From: Acidobacteriota bacterium
GTDB lineage: Bacteria; Acidobacteriota; Vicinamibacteria; Vicinamibacterales; UBA2999
Direction: 5' to 3'
Length of the DNA stretch: 64,000 nucleotides
Assembly: GCA_016871195.1 (NCBI GenBank)
Contig: VFZN01000009.1
Coordinates: forward strand, 1,451-65,450
Shown here: positions 9,502-19,580 of the stretch, in pieces
How positions within the stretch are numbered: position 1 is the first letter of the stretch
How the letters are laid out: every line of letters begins with the position of its first letter
Position numbers and translations under genes: made by a program
Notes under the pieces: model-generated
Database searches by the model: none
What the model saw: the letters and a program-made list of their open reading frames with translations, nothing else
Told to the model about the DNA's origin: nothing

Positions 9502-11355
9502 ATGCCCGCCTTCCTCGACGCGCTGGTGTCGCGCATTCTGCTCTGTGATGGTGCGATGGGCACCATGCTGTACAGCAAGGGCGTCTTCATCAACCGCTGC
9601 TTCGAATCATTGACGCTGTCCGATGCGGCCCTGGTCCGCGAGGTGCACGCCGAGTATGTGCGGGCGGGTGCGGATGTCATCGAGACCAACACCTTCGGCG
9701 CCAACCGCCTCAAGCTCAGGGCCTTCGGCCTGGGCAATCGGGTCTCCGAGATCAACACCGACGCCGCCCGGCTCGCGCGCGAAGCGGTGGCGATGGCGGG
9801 AGGCGACGACGCCCGAGTGTTCGTGGCCGGTGCCATCGGGCCGCTGGGCGTCCGGGTGGAACCGTGGGGCAAGCTGGGCCTTGACGAAGCCACCGAGTTG
9901 TTCCGCGAGCAGGCGGCGGCGCTGGCCGCCGGCGGTGTCGATGTGTTCATGCTTGAAACCTTCCGCGACCCTGCCGAGGTGCAGGCCGCCATCGCAGCGG
10001 TGCGTTCGGTGTCGGCGCTGCCCATCGTGGCGCAGCTGACGACGGAGGAAGACGGACAGACACCTGACGGCGCCCCAGTGGAAGCCTGTGCGCAGGCGCT
10101 GGTAGCGGCGGGTGCAGACGTGGTCGGATTGAACTGCAGCGTCGGACCAGCGCCGATGCTCGAAACGCTCGAGCGCCTGGCCCAGGCGGTGTCCGTGCCG
10201 CTGTCGGCCCAACCGAATGCGGGCCGCCCGCGCGACATCGAGGGGCGCAATCTCTACCTGTCGTCGCCGGATTACCTGGCCTCGTATGCCCGACGCTTTG
10301 TGGAACTCGGGGTGCGGCTGGTCGGCGGCTGCTGCGGCACGACCCCCGCGCACATCCGGCAGATGCATGCAGCGGTCAAGGCGCTGAATCCCGGGCAGGC
10401 GTCCCGTGTGCCGACTGTCAGGGTGGCGGTCACGGCGTCGGCGCCGGAGGCCCAGCCGCTGGTGGCGATGGCCGAGCGGTCGACGCTCGGGGCCCGGCTG
10501 GCCGAGGGCCGGTTCGTGACCAGCGTCGAGGTGGCACCCCCTGTGGGCATCGATCCCACGCCGGCCATGGCCTCGGCGGCCGCTCTCGCCGCACTGGGCG
10601 TCGATGTGGTGACGGTGACGGATGGCACGCGAAGCGGCGGCCACGTGAGCGCCCTGGCGCTGGCGGTGCTGGCCAGGCAGGCGGGGATCGACACGATGCT
10701 GCAGTATTCGTGTCGCGACCGGAACCTGCTCGGCATCCAGTCAGACCTGCTTGGGGCGCATGCCCTCGGCCTGCGCAATCTGCTCGGGATCACGGGCGAC
10801 CCGCGCTATCTCGGCGAAATTCCGGACGCGACGGCAGTGTTTGATGTCGACTCGATCGGACTGACGAACCTCATCGCGCGCCTGAATCATGCGCTCGACC
10901 TCGGCGGACAGTCACTGGGAGCGCCTGCGCGGTTCCTGTGCGGGGTCATGGCCAACCCGTCACGCGACCTCGACCAGGAACTGCGGCGCCTCGAATACAA
11001 GGTCGAGGCGGGTGCCGACTTCATTGTGACCCGCCCGGTGTTCGATGCCGCGACGTTCGAGCGCTTTGTACGGCGCGTCGACGCCTTCTGCCGACCCGTG
11101 CTTGTCGGGCTCTGGCCGTTCGATTCGGCCCTGCAGGCCGAGTTCATGGCCAACGAGGTACCAGGCGTCACCGTGCCCGAACCGCTCGTGGCACGCATGC
11201 GCGCCCGCGAGACCGCCGAGTCGGCTGCCTACGAAGGCCGCGCTATCGCCGCCGAGGTGCTGCGGGCGGTGAGACCCATGGCCCAGGGGGCACACCTGTT
11301 TGCCCCCGGGGGGCGGATGGCCGATGCGGCGCAGGTGCTGGCTGACCTCTTCTGA
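9502..11355 (+). CDS. Bifunctional homocysteine S-methyltransferase / 5,10-methylenetetrahydrofolate reductase (YitJ-like)
   Basis: N-terminal Hcy-binding domain (LLCDGAMGTMLY, GLNCSVGP, GGCCGTTPAHI). The C-terminal MTHFR-like half carries SVEVAPP...DVVTVTDG...CRDRN...GDP. 617 aa. Confidence 0.8.
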   Translation: MPAFLDALVSRILLCDGAMGTMLYSKGVFINRCFESLTLSDAALVREVHAEYVRAGADVIETNTFGANRLKLRAFGLGNRVSEINTDAARLAREAVAMAGGDDARVFVAGAIGPLGVRVEPWGKLGLDEATELFREQAAALAAGGVDVFMLETFRDPAEVQAAIAAVRSVSALPIVAQLTTEEDGQTPDGAPVEACAQALVAAGADVVGLNCSVGPAPMLETLERLAQAVSVPLSAQPNAGRPRDIEGRNLYLSSPDYLASYARRFVELGVRLVGGCCGTTPAHIRQMHAAVKALNPGQASRVPTVRVAVTASAPEAQPLVAMAERSTLGARLAEGRFVTSVEVAPPVGIDPTPAMASAAALAALGVDVVTVTDGTRSGGHVSALALAVLARQAGIDTMLQYSCRDRNLLGIQSDLLGAHALGLRNLLGITGDPRYLGEIPDATAVFDVDSIGLTNLIARLNHALDLGGQSLGAPARFLCGVMANPSRDLDQELRRLEYKVEAGADFIVTRPVFDAATFERFVRRVDAFCRPVLVGLWPFDSALQAEFMANEVPGVTVPEPLVARMRARETAESAAYEGRAIAAEVLRAVRPMAQGAHLFAPGGRMADAAQVLADLF

Positions 11356-11382
11356 TATAGTCCAGCCCTGTCCGTCCCTGCC

Positions 11383-12084
11383 ATGAAGCGTTCGCCTACG
11401 ACCCGGTCTGCCGCGATGTCCGCGGACGCCTCTCCCCTCGACCGCACCGAGGCGCTGTCGGCGACGGTGGTCGACCACCCGTTTGTCGAACGGGTCTACC
11501 AGAAGATGGCCGGGGTCTATGACTACACGTTCGGCCCCACCCTCCATCCCGGACGCCTCGATGCCATCCGTCGCATGGCCATTCACCCCGGCGACCGCGT
11601 GCTGGAGGTGGGAGTGGGCACCGGCATCAACCTGTCGCTGTATCCACGGATGTGCCAGATTACCGGCATCGACCTGTCGTCGAAGATGCTCGAGAAGGCG
11701 CAGGCGCGCATCGTCTCGAAAGGGCTGAGTCACTGTCGCGTCAGCGAAATGAATGCCGAGCAGCTGGCGTTTCCTGACGGGTGGTTCGACGTGGTGTATG
11801 CGCCCTATGTCATCAGCGTCGTGCCCGACCCGGTCAAGGTGGCCCGCGAGATGTATCGGGTGTGCCGTCCTGGGGGACGCGTGGTGATCCTCAACCACTT
11901 CAAGAGCGCCAACCGCTGGCTGTCGAAGCTCGAAGTGGCCATCTCACCCATGACCGTGCACATCGGGTTCAAGGCCGACCTCGACCTCGACGGATTCCTG
12001 TCGCAGGCCGAGCTCACTCCCATCTCGATTGAAAAGGTCAATGTGCCGCGCATGTGGTCACTGGTGACCTGCGTGAAGCGCTGA
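11383..12084 (+). CDS. Class I SAM-dependent methyltransferase (possibly phospholipid N-methyltransferase-like)
   Basis: SAM motif I VLEVGVGTGINL and post-I ITGIDLS. 233 aa. The substrate is inferred only weakly, from resemblance to the PmtA family. Confidence 0.7.
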   Translation: MKRSPTTRSAAMSADASPLDRTEALSATVVDHPFVERVYQKMAGVYDYTFGPTLHPGRLDAIRRMAIHPGDRVLEVGVGTGINLSLYPRMCQITGIDLSSKMLEKAQARIVSKGLSHCRVSEMNAEQLAFPDGWFDVVYAPYVISVVPDPVKVAREMYRVCRPGGRVVILNHFKSANRWLSKLEVAISPMTVHIGFKADLDLDGFLSQAELTPISIEKVNVPRMWSLVTCVKR

Positions 12085-12143
12085 CGGCCTGGCGGGCCGA
12101 GCGTTGCCGTGGTCTGTCTGGAACGAGCGCTGGCATGCGCTGT

Positions 12144-12162
12144 CAGGGCAACGTCTGCCCTG
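12144..12162. terminator. Hairpin between convergent genes
   Basis: CAGGGCA-acgtc-TGCCCTG, a perfect 7-bp stem, in the 86-nt gap between the methyltransferase (+) and glycosyltransferase (-) stops. No U-tract. Confidence 0.3.
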
Positions 12163-12170
12163 GTGTCGCG

Positions 12171-13274
12171 TCAGGCCTCGAGGCGCTCGGCCAGGATCTC
12201 GGCCACGACGCGCGCGCCGTCGACGCGGTGCGCGCCGCACGGCCCGTCTGCCGTGAGGGCCTCAGTGATGGCCGCCTGCCAGACACCGGCAAACAGGTCG
12301 TCGTGTGTGATGAAGGCCGACCGGATGACGCCGGGCATGGCCTCCACGAGGACGTCGTACTCGGGAAAGTCGCCGCGCGAGGTGTAGACGAGCGCCGTGT
12401 CATTGGCCACGCACTCGGCGATGATGCCGTAGCCGGGCTTTGAGACCACGACGTCGACGGCCCGCACGAGGTCTTCATAGCGCAGACCCTGCGCCGACAT
12501 CACGGCTTCATCTAGCGGCAGCAGCGACCCACCGGCCACCGCGCCAGGCGTGAGGGCGTCGAAGGGGAGGATGATCCGGACACCCGGACCGAGTGACGAC
12601 AGCGTGCGTGCGTCGAAGCCCTTCTGTCCGAAGCCGCCAAACGACACCAGCACCAGCCGTGCCTCACGGGGCCACCCCATCAGTCGTCGCACCTCGTCCG
12701 GGTGGCGCTGCGAGACGCGGGCGACGAAGGGCACATCCACCACCGTCGGTATGGTCTCGAAGCCCGCGTACAGTGGCAACCGGAGCGCGAGTGTCGCGTC
12801 GGCATACACGGCTCCGAGGCGGTCGGCCAGCGAGGCGCCTCCGGGCCAGTGCCGGTAGATCCAGTCCCAGGTGAAGTTCCCGAAGGCCACGGCGGGGACG
12901 CCCGCCGCCGCCGCGGCGGCGATGCCCAACGGGGGAATATCAGCCACGACCAGCGAGGCGTTGACCTCTCGCAGCCATTGGGTCTCGCGTGACAGATGGG
13001 CTGGCCAGTCGGACATGAAGGCGTCGGCCTGGCGGAGCGTGTGGGCGACATCGAGGTGCAGGCTGTCGCGCTGGACGGCGCCGGTGTCGCACGGACCTGG
13101 TGCGAGGGTGATGCCCGGCGCGGCGGTGCGCTCGACCATCCACGGGGCCACGGAAGTCCGCACGAACATGCGGGCGTCAGGGGTGGTCTTCCTGAGGTGG
13201 TTGAGGACGGTGAGGGACCGCGAAATGTGGCCGAAGCCGTGTCCGGATACGTAAGCAACGAGTGTGGCAGGCAT
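12171..13274 (-). CDS. Glycosyltransferase family protein (GT28/MJ1255-like)
   Basis: N-terminal VSGHGFGHISRS loop and a C-terminal VVSKPGYGIIAE nucleotide-sugar-binding-like segment. 367 aa. Confidence 0.6.
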   Translation of the reverse strand: MPATLVAYVSGHGFGHISRSLTVLNHLRKTTPDARMFVRTSVAPWMVERTAAPGITLAPGPCDTGAVQRDSLHLDVAHTLRQADAFMSDWPAHLSRETQWLREVNASLVVADIPPLGIAAAAAAGVPAVAFGNFTWDWIYRHWPGGASLADRLGAVYADATLALRLPLYAGFETIPTVVDVPFVARVSQRHPDEVRRLMGWPREARLVLVSFGGFGQKGFDARTLSSLGPGVRIILPFDALTPGAVAGGSLLPLDEAVMSAQGLRYEDLVRAVDVVVSKPGYGIIAECVANDTALVYTSRGDFPEYDVLVEAMPGVIRSAFITHDDLFAGVWQAAITEALTADGPCGAHRVDGARVVAEILAERLEA

Positions 13275-13299
13275 ACATGCGGGATAACCGCGAGTTCCG

Positions 13300-13305
13300 T
13301 ATAAT
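13300..13305 (+). promoter_or_regulatory. Candidate -10 hexamer (TATAAT) upstream of TonB-dependent receptor
   Basis: Perfect TATAAT in the GC-rich divergent intergenic region. No good -35 seen. Confidence 0.25.
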
Positions 13306-13376
13306 TGGTCGGTGTGGGAAATCGTGCTCTGCAGCGGCTGTTCATGTGGCAGCGCGCTGATTTTATCGGAGGTGCT

Positions 13377-16226
13377 ATGAAGGTTCGAGTGCAGACGATG
13401 CTTCGTGTCTGGATGTTCCTGCTGGGGCTGTCGGCGACGGCCTTTGCCCAGCAGACCGGCTCACTGTCGGGCACGGTGCGCGACGCACAGGGCGGCGTGC
13501 TGCCGGGTGTCACGGTGACGGCCACGGCGTCGACGAGCGCGGTGCGGTCGGCGGTCACGAATGACCAGGGCGTGTACTCGCTGTCGGGCCTGGCGCCGGG
13601 CAGCTACACCGTGGATTACGACCTGACCGGGTTTACGGCCCAGAAGCGTCAGGATGTCATGGTGCAGGTCAACCGCACCACTCGTCTCGACGTGGAACTC
13701 GGCGTCGGTGCGCTGCAGGAATCGGTCACGGTCAGCGGGGCGGCGCCGGTGGTCGACGTCAGCTCGAACACGACGCAGACGAACATCACCAAGGAACTGT
13801 ATGACTCGATTCCGACGGGCCGCAACCCGTGGGTGATGGCGGGCCTGGTGCCCGGCGTGGTCACCGGCCGGCTCGATGTGGGCGGCACTGAGGGCATGCA
13901 GCAGTACAACCTTGAGGCGTTCGGTTCGGCGGACAGCCAGAAGTCGTTCAGCATCGACGGGCTCAAGACCAACTGGGGCGGCGGCTCCGGCGGGGCGACG
14001 ATGCAGTACTACGGCTTCGAAATGTATGACGAATACAACATGCAGACGGCGTCAGGCACGGCCGAGAGCGACGTCAGCGGCGTGTACATGAACATGGTGA
14101 CCAAGTCGGGTGGCAACCGGTTCACCAGCGACCACAACTTCTACTTCATGAACGACGCGCTGCAGGGCAGCAACGTCGACGACGAGCTGCGGCGCCGACT
14201 GGGCCTGACGTCGGGCGGTCAGACGGGTGCGGCGGGCAATCCCATCGATATCTCCTACGACTGGAGTTCGACGCTGGGTGGTCCGGTGAAGAAGGACAAG
14301 CTGTGGTTCTTCGGGGCCAGCCGCCGATGGCTGCTCGACCAGTTCCAGATTAACGCAGTCAACCCCGATGGCAGCCAGGCCATTGACGACAACCTCATCA
14401 CCAACTACATGGGCAAGCTGACGGCGCAGGTGACGGCGAACAACCGCGCGTCGTTCATGTTCAACCGCAACGACAAGTTCCGGTATCACCGCCGCGACTC
14501 GCCGTATCTGTTTGTGCCCGACAAAGCGTCGGTGCTGCAGGATCAGCCGGCACAGAACTTCGTGGCGCAGGTGAATTCGGTCCTGGGCCAGAAAGTCGTG
14601 TTTGATGCACGCGTGGGCCGCATGTGGGGCGTGTTCCCGAGCCGCTACCAGAAGGAAGTGACGCCGCAGGACATTGCGCTGCGCGATGTGGTGCGCTTCA
14701 CCCGCGAGAATGCGGCGGAACTCCAGTCGCTCAATCCGAACTTTCGCACCCAGGCCAACGCCACGATGAGCTATTTCGTGCCGAGCTTTGCCGGTGCCCA
14801 CGACTTCAAGGCGGGTGTGCAGATTTCGCTCGAGGGCATGGAATACGAGCGCATTCGCAACGGCGACATCCTGCTCGAAATGCGCGACGGCGTGCCGTTT
14901 CAGGCGCAGATCGCCAACACCCCGATTCAGTCGGATCACCACCTGTCGACCTGGGGCGCGTTCCTGCAGGACCGCTGGGTCGCCGGCCGGGCCACGTTCA
15001 ACTTGGGCGTGCGCATGGACGGTGTGCGGGCGAGCCTGCCCGCCCAGTCGAGCCCCTCGGGCAGCTATGTGGCCGCCCGCAGCTTCGGTGAGTCTGAAGT
15101 GTTCCGCTTCGACTTCAACATCATGCCGCGTATCGGCCTGTCGTACGACGTGTTCGGCAACGGCAAGACGGCGCTCAAGGCGTACTACGGCCGGTTCTAC
15201 AACCAGTTCGGTTCGGAGATCGCCGAGGCGGTGAACCCCAACGCCCTGGCGACCCAGAACGTGCCGTGGACTGACCTCAACGGCAACCGCCGCCTCGACA
15301 CCGGTGAACTCGGCGCCATTCCCCAGTTCGCCCGGGGTCTGTTCCCGACGTTCGACGCGAATGCGCGTCGCCCGTACAACGACGAGATGAACGTCGGCAT
15401 CGAGCACCAGCTGGCCGGCAACTTCGCCATCGGCGTCAGCTATCACCGCCGTCACCACCGCGACGGGCTCGGCCTGATCGACGTGCTGCGTCCTGCGTCG
15501 GCGTTCACGCCGGAGGCGCGGACCTACACCGACCCGGTGAACGGCCAGGCGCAGTCCATCACGGTCTACAAACTGCAGCCGCGGTTCGGCACGCTGCAGC
15601 AGCGCCAGATCACCAACGTCGAGCAGCTGCGCAGCACCTACAACGGCGTGCAGTTCGACATCCAGAAGCGCATGTCGAACCGCTGGCAGATGCTGGCCGG
15701 TCTGTCGCTGCAGCGGCACCGCGGCTTCGAGCACAGCGGCACCTACACGACCGGTGCGGGCGTGGGGGCGTGCGGCATCCTGAACGACCCCAACTGCCTC
15801 ATCAACCGCGACGGTGGCTCGGTGTTCATCGACATTCCGTGGAATGTCAACCTGTCGGGCAGCTACATCACGCCCCTCTGGGACATCGTGGTGGCGGCCA
15901 AGTACAACGCGCGCGCCGGCGACCCGCTGAACCGGACCCAGGTGTTCTCGTTCACCAGCCCGACGCTGACGCAGCCCAGCGTGACCGTGCGCCTGACGCC
16001 GCGCGGCACGGATCGCACCGAGACGGTCAACCAGTTCCTCGACCTGCGCTTCAGCCGCCGGGTGAAGATCGGCCCGGCCAACCTCGAGCCGACCCTTGAC
16101 CTGTTCAACCTGCTCAACGCCAACCACGTGCTCGGCCAGATCGAAGCCATCGGCACGACGTGGGGCCGCCCCAACCGCATCCTGACGCCGCGGATCATCC
16201 GCTTCGGCCTCACGGCGCGGTTCTAA
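13377..16226 (+). CDS. TonB-dependent receptor with N-terminal carboxypeptidase-regulatory-like domain
   Basis: ATG 13377 follows GGAGG (13368-13372). Signal peptide ...SATAFAQQ, then TGSLSGTVRDAQGGVLPGVTVTA (CarboxypepD_reg). Beta-barrel body with terminal ...RFGLTARF aromatic residue. Confidence 0.85.
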   Translation: MKVRVQTMLRVWMFLLGLSATAFAQQTGSLSGTVRDAQGGVLPGVTVTATASTSAVRSAVTNDQGVYSLSGLAPGSYTVDYDLTGFTAQKRQDVMVQVNRTTRLDVELGVGALQESVTVSGAAPVVDVSSNTTQTNITKELYDSIPTGRNPWVMAGLVPGVVTGRLDVGGTEGMQQYNLEAFGSADSQKSFSIDGLKTNWGGGSGGATMQYYGFEMYDEYNMQTASGTAESDVSGVYMNMVTKSGGNRFTSDHNFYFMNDALQGSNVDDELRRRLGLTSGGQTGAAGNPIDISYDWSSTLGGPVKKDKLWFFGASRRWLLDQFQINAVNPDGSQAIDDNLITNYMGKLTAQVTANNRASFMFNRNDKFRYHRRDSPYLFVPDKASVLQDQPAQNFVAQVNSVLGQKVVFDARVGRMWGVFPSRYQKEVTPQDIALRDVVRFTRENAAELQSLNPNFRTQANATMSYFVPSFAGAHDFKAGVQISLEGMEYERIRNGDILLEMRDGVPFQAQIANTPIQSDHHLSTWGAFLQDRWVAGRATFNLGVRMDGVRASLPAQSSPSGSYVAARSFGESEVFRFDFNIMPRIGLSYDVFGNGKTALKAYYGRFYNQFGSEIAEAVNPNALATQNVPWTDLNGNRRLDTGELGAIPQFARGLFPTFDANARRPYNDEMNVGIEHQLAGNFAIGVSYHRRHHRDGLGLIDVLRPASAFTPEARTYTDPVNGQAQSITVYKLQPRFGTLQQRQITNVEQLRSTYNGVQFDIQKRMSNRWQMLAGLSLQRHRGFEHSGTYTTGAGVGACGILNDPNCLINRDGGSVFIDIPWNVNLSGSYITPLWDIVVAAKYNARAGDPLNRTQVFSFTSPTLTQPSVTVRLTPRGTDRTETVNQFLDLRFSRRVKIGPANLEPTLDLFNLLNANHVLGQIEAIGTTWGRPNRILTPRIIRFGLTARF

Positions 16227-16236
16227 CGCACTCGGT

Positions 16237-16270
16237 GGTCCCGGGCCGGTCGCCTGACCGGTCCGGGGCC
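16237..16270 (+). terminator. Strong GC hairpin after TonB-dependent receptor
   Basis: 15-bp stem including two G-U pairs, tetraloop gcct, starting 11 nt after TAA 16224-16226. The downstream tract is C/T-rich rather than a clean U-run. Confidence 0.5.
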
Positions 16271-16396
16271 GACTGGCCCGCCTCACTTCTCCCCCTTTCA
16301 TCGTCCGTCACCAGCAGTCGGCCACCGTGCCGAGCACGCCCGGGGATCACGATTTCCTTCGGAGGCCCTGGTGCTGGTCACCGATGCCGCCTCCAC

Positions 16397-16424
16397 TGCG
16401 GCGGCACCGATGCGGCGGCACCGA
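16397..16424 (+). repeat. Exact tandem duplication of a 14-mer
   Basis: TGCGGCGGCACCGA occurs at 16397-16410 and again at 16411-16424. Confidence 0.9.
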
Positions 16425-16478
16425 CAGCGGCCCTGACGGACTCGGGCCACCCTGACCGACGATCGTCGCGGACCGTCG

Positions 16479-16991
16479 ATGGGGCTGCCGTGTGGAGATA
16501 TCGGCGCTGCGAACCCCGGCCTCTCGGCGCTGGGGCCGCCGCATGTCGCCCTCACGCGCGTGACCTGCTACCATCCGATCGTGCCTCTCGACGAACGTGC
16601 CTTCTTCACTGAACGACCCGAGCAGCGCCCGGGGCAGTTTGCCTGCCCGCGGTGCCGCCGCAGCCACGAGTATCCGGTGCGCTGGGTGCGACGCATCCGA
16701 AAGCCGCAGCCGCCGCCGCAGGCCGACGGGGCCGACCGCGCCCGGTGGGCCAAACTGCGCGATCACCTGCTGCGGCTCGATGACGAAGTGACCTGCAAGT
16801 CGTGCAGCAAGCGCTTCGAGATTCCTTCGCAGCAGTCGCTGGTGTTTCTCGACCAGCTGGACGGCCTGCCCAACGATGCCGAACTGGATGCCGAGATTGC
16901 GGCCGCAGAGTCTGACGCCGCTGCGCCGCCTGCGCCGAAAGGGCCGCTGCCAGCCCGGTTCTCGCGCCCCTCGCGCGGCTGGCGGGGATGA
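16479..16991 (+). CDS. Hypothetical Zn-ribbon protein
   Basis: CPRC...(57 aa)...CKSC four-Cys arrangement. High third-position G+C. The stop overlaps the next gene's ATG (ATGA 16988-16991). The true start may be GTG 16560 or 16581. Confidence 0.5.
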   Translation: MGLPCGDIGAANPGLSALGPPHVALTRVTCYHPIVPLDERAFFTERPEQRPGQFACPRCRRSHEYPVRWVRRIRKPQPPPQADGADRARWAKLRDHLLRLDDEVTCKSCSKRFEIPSQQSLVFLDQLDGLPNDAELDAEIAAAESDAAAPPAPKGPLPARFSRPSRGWRG

Positions 16992-19540
16992 CACGGAATG
17001 ACAATCGAACGAGGCGATCCCCGGCTATACTTCGGGTCAGCTGTCCTATGACTCGCATGGCACTTCTCACGATGTCAGGCTTGGCCGTCGGCATGACGGT
17101 GCTCGTCGCCGCAGGGCCACAGCAGAACGTCGGGCCGGCGCCGGCATCGGCGGCCGCGCCCCCGGCTGCAGCGGCGCTTGGCCCCACGGTCGCGGCGCTG
17201 CGTCCGGTCTCCAGTCGCCCAGCGCCGCCCGCGGCCTCAACCCAGAACGAGACTATCCGCCAGTACTGCGACGGTTGTCACAGCGACCGCGCCAAAGCCG
17301 GTGGGCTGACGCTGGCCAGCTACGATGCCGCCACGGCGGCTCAGCACGCCGACGTCACCGAAAAGATGATTCGCAAGCTGCGGGCAGGCATGATGCCACC
17401 GGCTGGGGCGCGTCGTCCCGATGCGGCGACCATCACCGCGCTGGCCGAGGCACTCGAGGCCCGGATCGATGCCTCGGTGCCGGGCAATCGTGCCGGCGGA
17501 CGCGTGTTCCAGCGCCTCAACCGCGCCGAGTACGCCAGTGCGGTGCGCGACCTGCTGCAGGTCGATGTCGACGTCACAGCGTTGCTGCCGGCCGACACGA
17601 TCAGCGCCGGCTTCGATAACGTCGCCGATTCCCAGCTGTTCTCGACGACGCTGATGGAGTCATATCTTCGGGCGGCCGGACGGGTGACCACGCTGGCCCT
17701 GGGTGATCCCGCGGCCGAGTCGGCCGAGGCTCTCTATCGGGTGCCGAAGACGCAGTCGCAGATGGAACAGGTGCCAGGCGCCCCGCTGGGGACCCGCGGC
17801 GGCCTCTCGGTCATGCACACATTTCCGGCTGATGGCGAATACACCGTGCGCGTGGAACTGCATGGCAACGCCTGCGGGTTCCTGTTCGGGGGCCCCAATC
17901 TGAACGAGCAGATCGAAGTGTCGATCGACGGTGATCGCGTGGCCCTGCTCGACGTGAATCCCCGGCTGGCCGATGTGACCGGTGGCCTGATCATCAAGAC
18001 CCCGACCATGCACCTCAGTGCCGGGCCGCACCGTGTGACGGCGGCCTTTCTGCAGCGCTTCGAGGGACCGATCAATGATCTGATTGCTCCCATCGATCAC
18101 ACCCTGGCCGACACGCAGATTGGCGTTTCGCATGGCCTGACTACCCTGCCGCACCTCAAGGACATGGCCATCGTCGGACCGTCAAAGGTGACCGGTGTCT
18201 CCGACACGCCGAGCCGACGGAAGGTGTTTACGTGCCGTCCCACGTCTCCCGCGGAAGAGAGCGCGTGCGCCTCGCGCATCGTGCGCAGTCTGGCCACCCA
18301 GGCCTTCCGGCGTCCGGTCACGACGTCCGACTTCGAGCGCCTGATGGCGTTCTATCGTAGCGGACGAGCCGACGGCGATTTCGAATCAGGTGTGGCCACG
18401 GCCCTCGAGGCGATTCTCGCCAGCCCCCAGTTCCTGTTCCGGCTGGAACCGGTGCCTGCCACTGCCGTCAAGGGACAGCCGTGGCGCCTGGACGATCACG
18501 CACTGGCGTCGCGCCTGTCGTTCTTCCTGTGGGGTAGCGGCCCTGACGACACCCTGATGAAGGCCGCATCGACGGGGCAACTGTCGACGCCTGCCGCGAT
18601 CGAGCGGCAGGTGACCCGCATGCTGGCCGACCCGCGGTCAGAGGCGCTGGCGACGCGTTTTGCGGGGCAGTGGCTGCGTCTCGCTGACGTCGAACAGATT
18701 CTGCCCGACGCCATTCTCTATCCCTATTTCGATCGGTCGCTGGGCCGCGCGATGGTGCGCGAGGCCGAGTTGTTCTTCGACAGCCTCGTGCGCGAGGACC
18801 GCACCGTCACCGATCTGCTGACGGCCGACCATACGTTCGTCAACGGTCGCCTCGCTCGTCATTACGGCATTCCCAACATCACCGGGCCGGAGTTCCAGCG
18901 GGTGACCGTCAGCGATGAGCGCCGCGGTCTGCTGGGCAAGGGCGGCATTCTGATGCTGACGTCGGTGGCCGATCGCACCTCGCCGGTCATGCGCGGCAAG
19001 TGGGTGATGGAAGTGATTCTCGGGTCACCACCGCCGGCGCCGCCCCCGAACGTGCCCACGCTCGAGGAGACCGGGGCCGCCGGTGCCACCCGCCTGCTGA
19101 CGACGCGCGAGCGCATGGAAGAGCACCGGAAGAATCCGGCGTGTCGCTCGTGCCACCGGGTCATCGACCCGCTCGGGCTCGCGCTCGAGAACTACGACGT
19201 CACCGGCAAGTGGCGCATCAGGGACAATGGCTCGGTTGTTGATCCGTCGGGGGAGCTGTACGACGGCACCCCGATGGATGGTCCGGCGGGGCTGCGTCGG
19301 GCGCTGCTGAAGCATCAGGATGTGTTTGTGCTGAGTTTCACCGAGAGCCTCATGACCTATGCGCTCGGCCGCCGCATCGAGCCGCAGGACATGCCGATGA
19401 TTCGCCGCATCGTGCGCGACGCCGGTCGCCAGAACTACCGCCTGAGTGCGCTCATCAAGGCAGTGGCGACGAGCCCCGCGTTCAGGCTGGGGGCCGAGGT
19501 GCCGGTGACCACCGAGACCACCATGGCCCCGGCGCGCTGA
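16988..19540 (+). CDS. DUF1592/DUF1595/DUF1587/DUF1588/DUF1585-type protein with single CxxCH heme motif
   Basis: CDGCH at 17267-17281. The C-terminal ...HRKNPACRSCHRVIDPLGLALENYD... is typical of this family. Alternative start ATG 17048 (MTRMALLTMSG, signal/TM). Confidence 0.75.
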   Translation: MTRNDNRTRRSPAILRVSCPMTRMALLTMSGLAVGMTVLVAAGPQQNVGPAPASAAAPPAAAALGPTVAALRPVSSRPAPPAASTQNETIRQYCDGCHSDRAKAGGLTLASYDAATAAQHADVTEKMIRKLRAGMMPPAGARRPDAATITALAEALEARIDASVPGNRAGGRVFQRLNRAEYASAVRDLLQVDVDVTALLPADTISAGFDNVADSQLFSTTLMESYLRAAGRVTTLALGDPAAESAEALYRVPKTQSQMEQVPGAPLGTRGGLSVMHTFPADGEYTVRVELHGNACGFLFGGPNLNEQIEVSIDGDRVALLDVNPRLADVTGGLIIKTPTMHLSAGPHRVTAAFLQRFEGPINDLIAPIDHTLADTQIGVSHGLTTLPHLKDMAIVGPSKVTGVSDTPSRRKVFTCRPTSPAEESACASRIVRSLATQAFRRPVTTSDFERLMAFYRSGRADGDFESGVATALEAILASPQFLFRLEPVPATAVKGQPWRLDDHALASRLSFFLWGSGPDDTLMKAASTGQLSTPAAIERQVTRMLADPRSEALATRFAGQWLRLADVEQILPDAILYPYFDRSLGRAMVREAELFFDSLVREDRTVTDLLTADHTFVNGRLARHYGIPNITGPEFQRVTVSDERRGLLGKGGILMLTSVADRTSPVMRGKWVMEVILGSPPPAPPPNVPTLEETGAAGATRLLTTRERMEEHRKNPACRSCHRVIDPLGLALENYDVTGKWRIRDNGSVVDPSGELYDGTPMDGPAGLRRALLKHQDVFVLSFTESLMTYALGRRIEPQDMPMIRRIVRDAGRQNYRLSALIKAVATSPAFRLGAEVPVTTETTMAPAR

Positions 19541-19580
19541 CACGCACAGAGACGACCGCAGACAGACAGGAGCTCGAACG

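Noticed and set aside
14052-16301. 749-aa ORF antisense to the first TonB-dependent receptor
   Set aside because: It is a shadow ORF typical of high-G+C DNA, with an Arg/Ala/Gly/Val/His-rich translation and no recognisable motif. The opposite strand encodes a clear receptor with signal peptide and barrel terminus.
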